Positions 61,112-64,000 of a DNA stretch of 64,000 nt are shown here, piece by piece. The DNA is from Lingula anatina. Taxonomy: Eukaryota; Animalia; Brachiopoda. A program made the position numbers and the translations under genes. Each line of letters begins with the position of its first letter. The first letter of the stretch is position 1. The notes under the pieces were generated by a model. The model saw only the letters and a program-made list of their open reading frames with translations, searched no databases and had not been told where the DNA came from. The stretch lies in assembly GCA_051362555.1 (NCBI GenBank), contig CM120643.1, forward strand, positions 16,992,848-17,056,847, read 5' to 3'.

Positions 61112-62566
61112 TAGATCCACACTATAAGCAGCTGACTAAGGTTTAACTTTCAAGATTCCTGCTTGGCTTCTCTCCTCAAGAACGTTTACCCTTTGCATTG
61201 TAAATCACAAAACAAATCAGTTTAGGTTACTTCACATTCTTACCCCTGTATTATACAGTGTAAGGATCATGAATAAGAATATTTGTTTTCATTGTAATGC
61301 CCGGCCACTTTCACTTCCTCAACAAATTTCACTGACACACTTCAGCTTGGTAGTAATACAATACAGTGGTATTCACATAAAGATAAAAGCAAACTGGTTT
61401 AGGTATATATGACATCATCTAAAAGTGTATCCATCTGTGATATAGCTGTCAGAGCCAAGTGGGACTTCACCACAGAAGCTGAACTGAGCTGGATAAACTG
61501 TTAAAAATGTTTAGAAGCATTAATCTATGCTTGGATTTTCAACTTGCATTTAAGACGATTACTGATTTGGACTCCCTGTTGTAATCCATGATAAAATGCT
61601 ACACTAGCTGTTATCATTTTACATTATATACTGAAAGAATTTAGTATATGACAAGTGTTTTTTTCAATGTTTTTATAATATACTATCAACATTTCAGGAA
61701 ACTTGTCCTAATGTACAGAAACAAATCACACTTTTAAGAAAATCACACTTTAAGAAATTAAATCAATGCTTGTAATCCCTGCTTAATACACACACGCACA
61801 CATTTTAAGAATAATGTATCCTGCACTCATACTACCCCATTTAACACTTCAACAAGTACTTTGGATTATTTACCTTAACCAAATAGAAATTTAAAATACT
61901 TGACTTTTTGCAACCACTACTTTCATCTCATTTGACGTAAAAAAATAGCTTTTTTTTATTAAAAAGAAACAAAGAGTAAATAAACTATCAAAATAATCAC
62001 TGGTTCAATCCACCCAAGCCAAGACAGTATAAACAGTAAAGTACTTACACATGCTACCACATAAACCTACACAAAAGCATAGTAAAATACCCCTGCAATA
62101 TGTGTTCTCAGTACAAATACGCTATACCTAGGACTGAAATATTACGCAGTACTCGCATAAAATATAGGGTAAGCTCCTATTTGCTATGTGGAATCTTATA
62201 AATAATGCAGGGACTACAGTATTACATTACTGTAAAACTTGGGACAGACTTTGCATACAACTTAATAAACAAACAACAAGATATATGAAGAATTTTGCCT
62301 TCCTTAAAAAATTCTTATATATATTGAATTATAGAGACCATGTATTGTTCATCATGTAAAACATACTCAAAATAGCAATTGGGCTCACTTCCAGAAAATA
62401 TTTGGTTTTGCAAAATAAACTATTCACTTCAATTCTATGACAAATTGGTGAAGCAGAAAATGAATACTGACATTTTCTTCCCTCTTATGGAATTCCTTAA
62501 CTTTAATCATTCAAATAAAATGTAGATTCTAGCACAAGTCTAGGTACATGTACTAATCCCTAATTA

Positions 62567-62746
62567 TGGCCCATTCTCATAGACACCCATGGGCCTACGT
62601 GCCTCCTCTTGGCGTTGGTTTTTATGTATATAAATGTTGGAAACAAGAGGAGGTGTGTCATTTAGTTAAACTGATTGTACTCAGCAAGAGTCTCTACAGA
62701 GTTGGGTCAATCTATGTAGACTGACCGTGTCTATTGGACTGGGGTC
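62567..62746. mobile_element. Family C MITE, internally deleted copy
   Basis: Right arm CTGATTGTACTCAGCAAGAGTCTCTACAGAGTTGGGTCAATCTA...GGGGTC-TAA resembles 31985-32060. Left tip GGCCCATTCTC. Confidence 0.7.
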
Positions 62747-62749
62747 TAA

Positions 62750-62959
62750 GGGCGTATTCCCAGACATTTAGATCGATCTATCCCCGTGGGGAGTCTCACT
62801 AGATTACTGTCAGATAATCTGGCTTAAATGTCCATCCCGCCTACTACAAGCTGTAAGGGGGTAATTAACTTTCGTGTCTGCTCGGCTGACAGCTATTTAG
62901 CGTGAACCCCCAGTTAGGTCAATCTAGTTTGGATCGATCTGATCTCTGGGAATGGGGTC
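62750..62959 (+). mobile_element. Family A MITE copy abutting family C
   Basis: TAA TSD (62747-62749, 62960-62962). Ends GGGCGTATTCCC...GGGAATGGGGTC with the conserved A core. Confidence 0.88.
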
Positions 62960-63721
62960 TAAGTGATGGGCTTATATGCTTGTGTTAACTCCTTGCTCAT
63001 AAGGGGTAGGTGCTTCCTATAGCTGTGAGTATTAACCCCTTTGTCTTCCGTCTTATAACTTTGCGTGGGTTACATTGTGTCCAATACGAAAGCACCTATT
63101 CATCAGGAAGGGGGCAGATGGTAATCTTACGAGGATTAAAACAGTTGTTGGGCTTATGGTTATGCATGGTTGTCTGTCTGGAGACTTACCAACTGGACAG
63201 TAGCTGCAAGAATTAAGAAGTTGCCTGGACCAGAAAACCCAGTCGGTTTTGCCAATGTGTTTTACTGTCTTCTCTAACACATTTCCCAACTTCTCCAACT
63301 GCAATCTGTTCAAGTTGTTGGTTCTGTAAGAACAATTTGTAACTTATAAACGTATCCATACCACAAATTACAATGTTATTGTCATTAATATTAACCTTTT
63401 GAAAACAACAAATATTGCATGTCTTATATGGTGAAAAAATGATTACACAATACAGATCTTTCTAAACTGATAAATAACATGCAAGATGTCTATTAGAATG
63501 CAAATCATCAATTTTCCACTAAAAATGACTGTAAGCCAGAAGACTTCAAAGTCCACATTTATCCTAGCTTTTCAAATTCCACTTGTTATCTTGTATTCTA
63601 ACACTATTTTGAATACATCCCCATTTTTCTAAGGAGTTACTCTTCAAAGTACAACAATCCCAGTTTCGAGATGTTAACATGTGAAGTCAACAAAGAAAAA
63701 GAATCAGTTCTAAGAAAGAGA

Positions 63722-64000
63722 CAGACATGCTGAAACTGTCGGTCCGATCGGTCATGACCGAAAAAATTTGTCTGGACCGGTAAAAATTTGGATTTGGTCG
63801 GTCCAAAGGACCGCCAAGAGTTTTAAGAGCCGCAATTTTGAATTTACAGAGATCATTCAACATACTTCACTAATAAAATTATATAAAACCCAAAGCGTTT
63901 TTCCCTTCCATTTAAAACCTATCACATTCACAAACAAAGTAAGCTCTCCTAATCGTATCTGTCTCAAACGAATAGGGTTATTTTTGGTCCGACAAAAATC
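63722..64000. mobile_element. Probable end of a DNA transposon, cut off by the window edge
   Basis: Abrupt CpG-rich stretch with repeated (C/T)GGTCC(G) / GGACCG motifs in both orientations, like subterminal repeats. The other end is not visible. Confidence 0.45.

Noticed and set aside
171-63313. Remaining 60-165 aa ORFs in the track
   Set aside because: Low-complexity or F/L/I/K-rich translations of AT-rich intron, microsatellites or MITEs. Many have non-ATG starts and none shows a domain.
1-64000. tRNA, rRNA or snRNA genes
   Set aside because: None recognised by eye. The ACTTACCTG at 45934 matches the U1 5' end only and is not followed by U1 sequence. tRNAscan-SE/Infernal would be needed to exclude them.

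Overview
AT-rich, CpG-depleted animal (invertebrate-like) genomic DNA, not prokaryotic. Most of the window reads as very large introns of an unidentified minus-strand host gene, with two plausible phase-0 exons at 26270-26362 and 20314-20502. The only long ORFs belong to an intact 4620-bp DIRS1-type tyrosine-recombinase retrotransposon (45915-50534, minus strand). It encodes gag, RT-RNaseH-Dam-like methyltransferase and tyrosine recombinase (YR), and has 35-bp inverted terminal repeat (ITR) cores, a perfect internal complementary region (ICR) and AAT at both ends. Its sequence suggests an expression scheme: a -1 slippery site at the gag/pol overlap plus an in-phase GT-AG intron joining the pol frame to the YR frame. 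The introns also carry many non-autonomous DNA transposons: six PIF/Harbinger-type MITE families (A-F) that repeatedly nest in or abut each other, an IS3EU-like element with a 6-bp target site duplication (TSD), a TA-flanked Tc1/mariner-like element and a 5-bp-TSD element. Nearly all other ORFs in the track look spurious. All calls were made by eye, without database searches.
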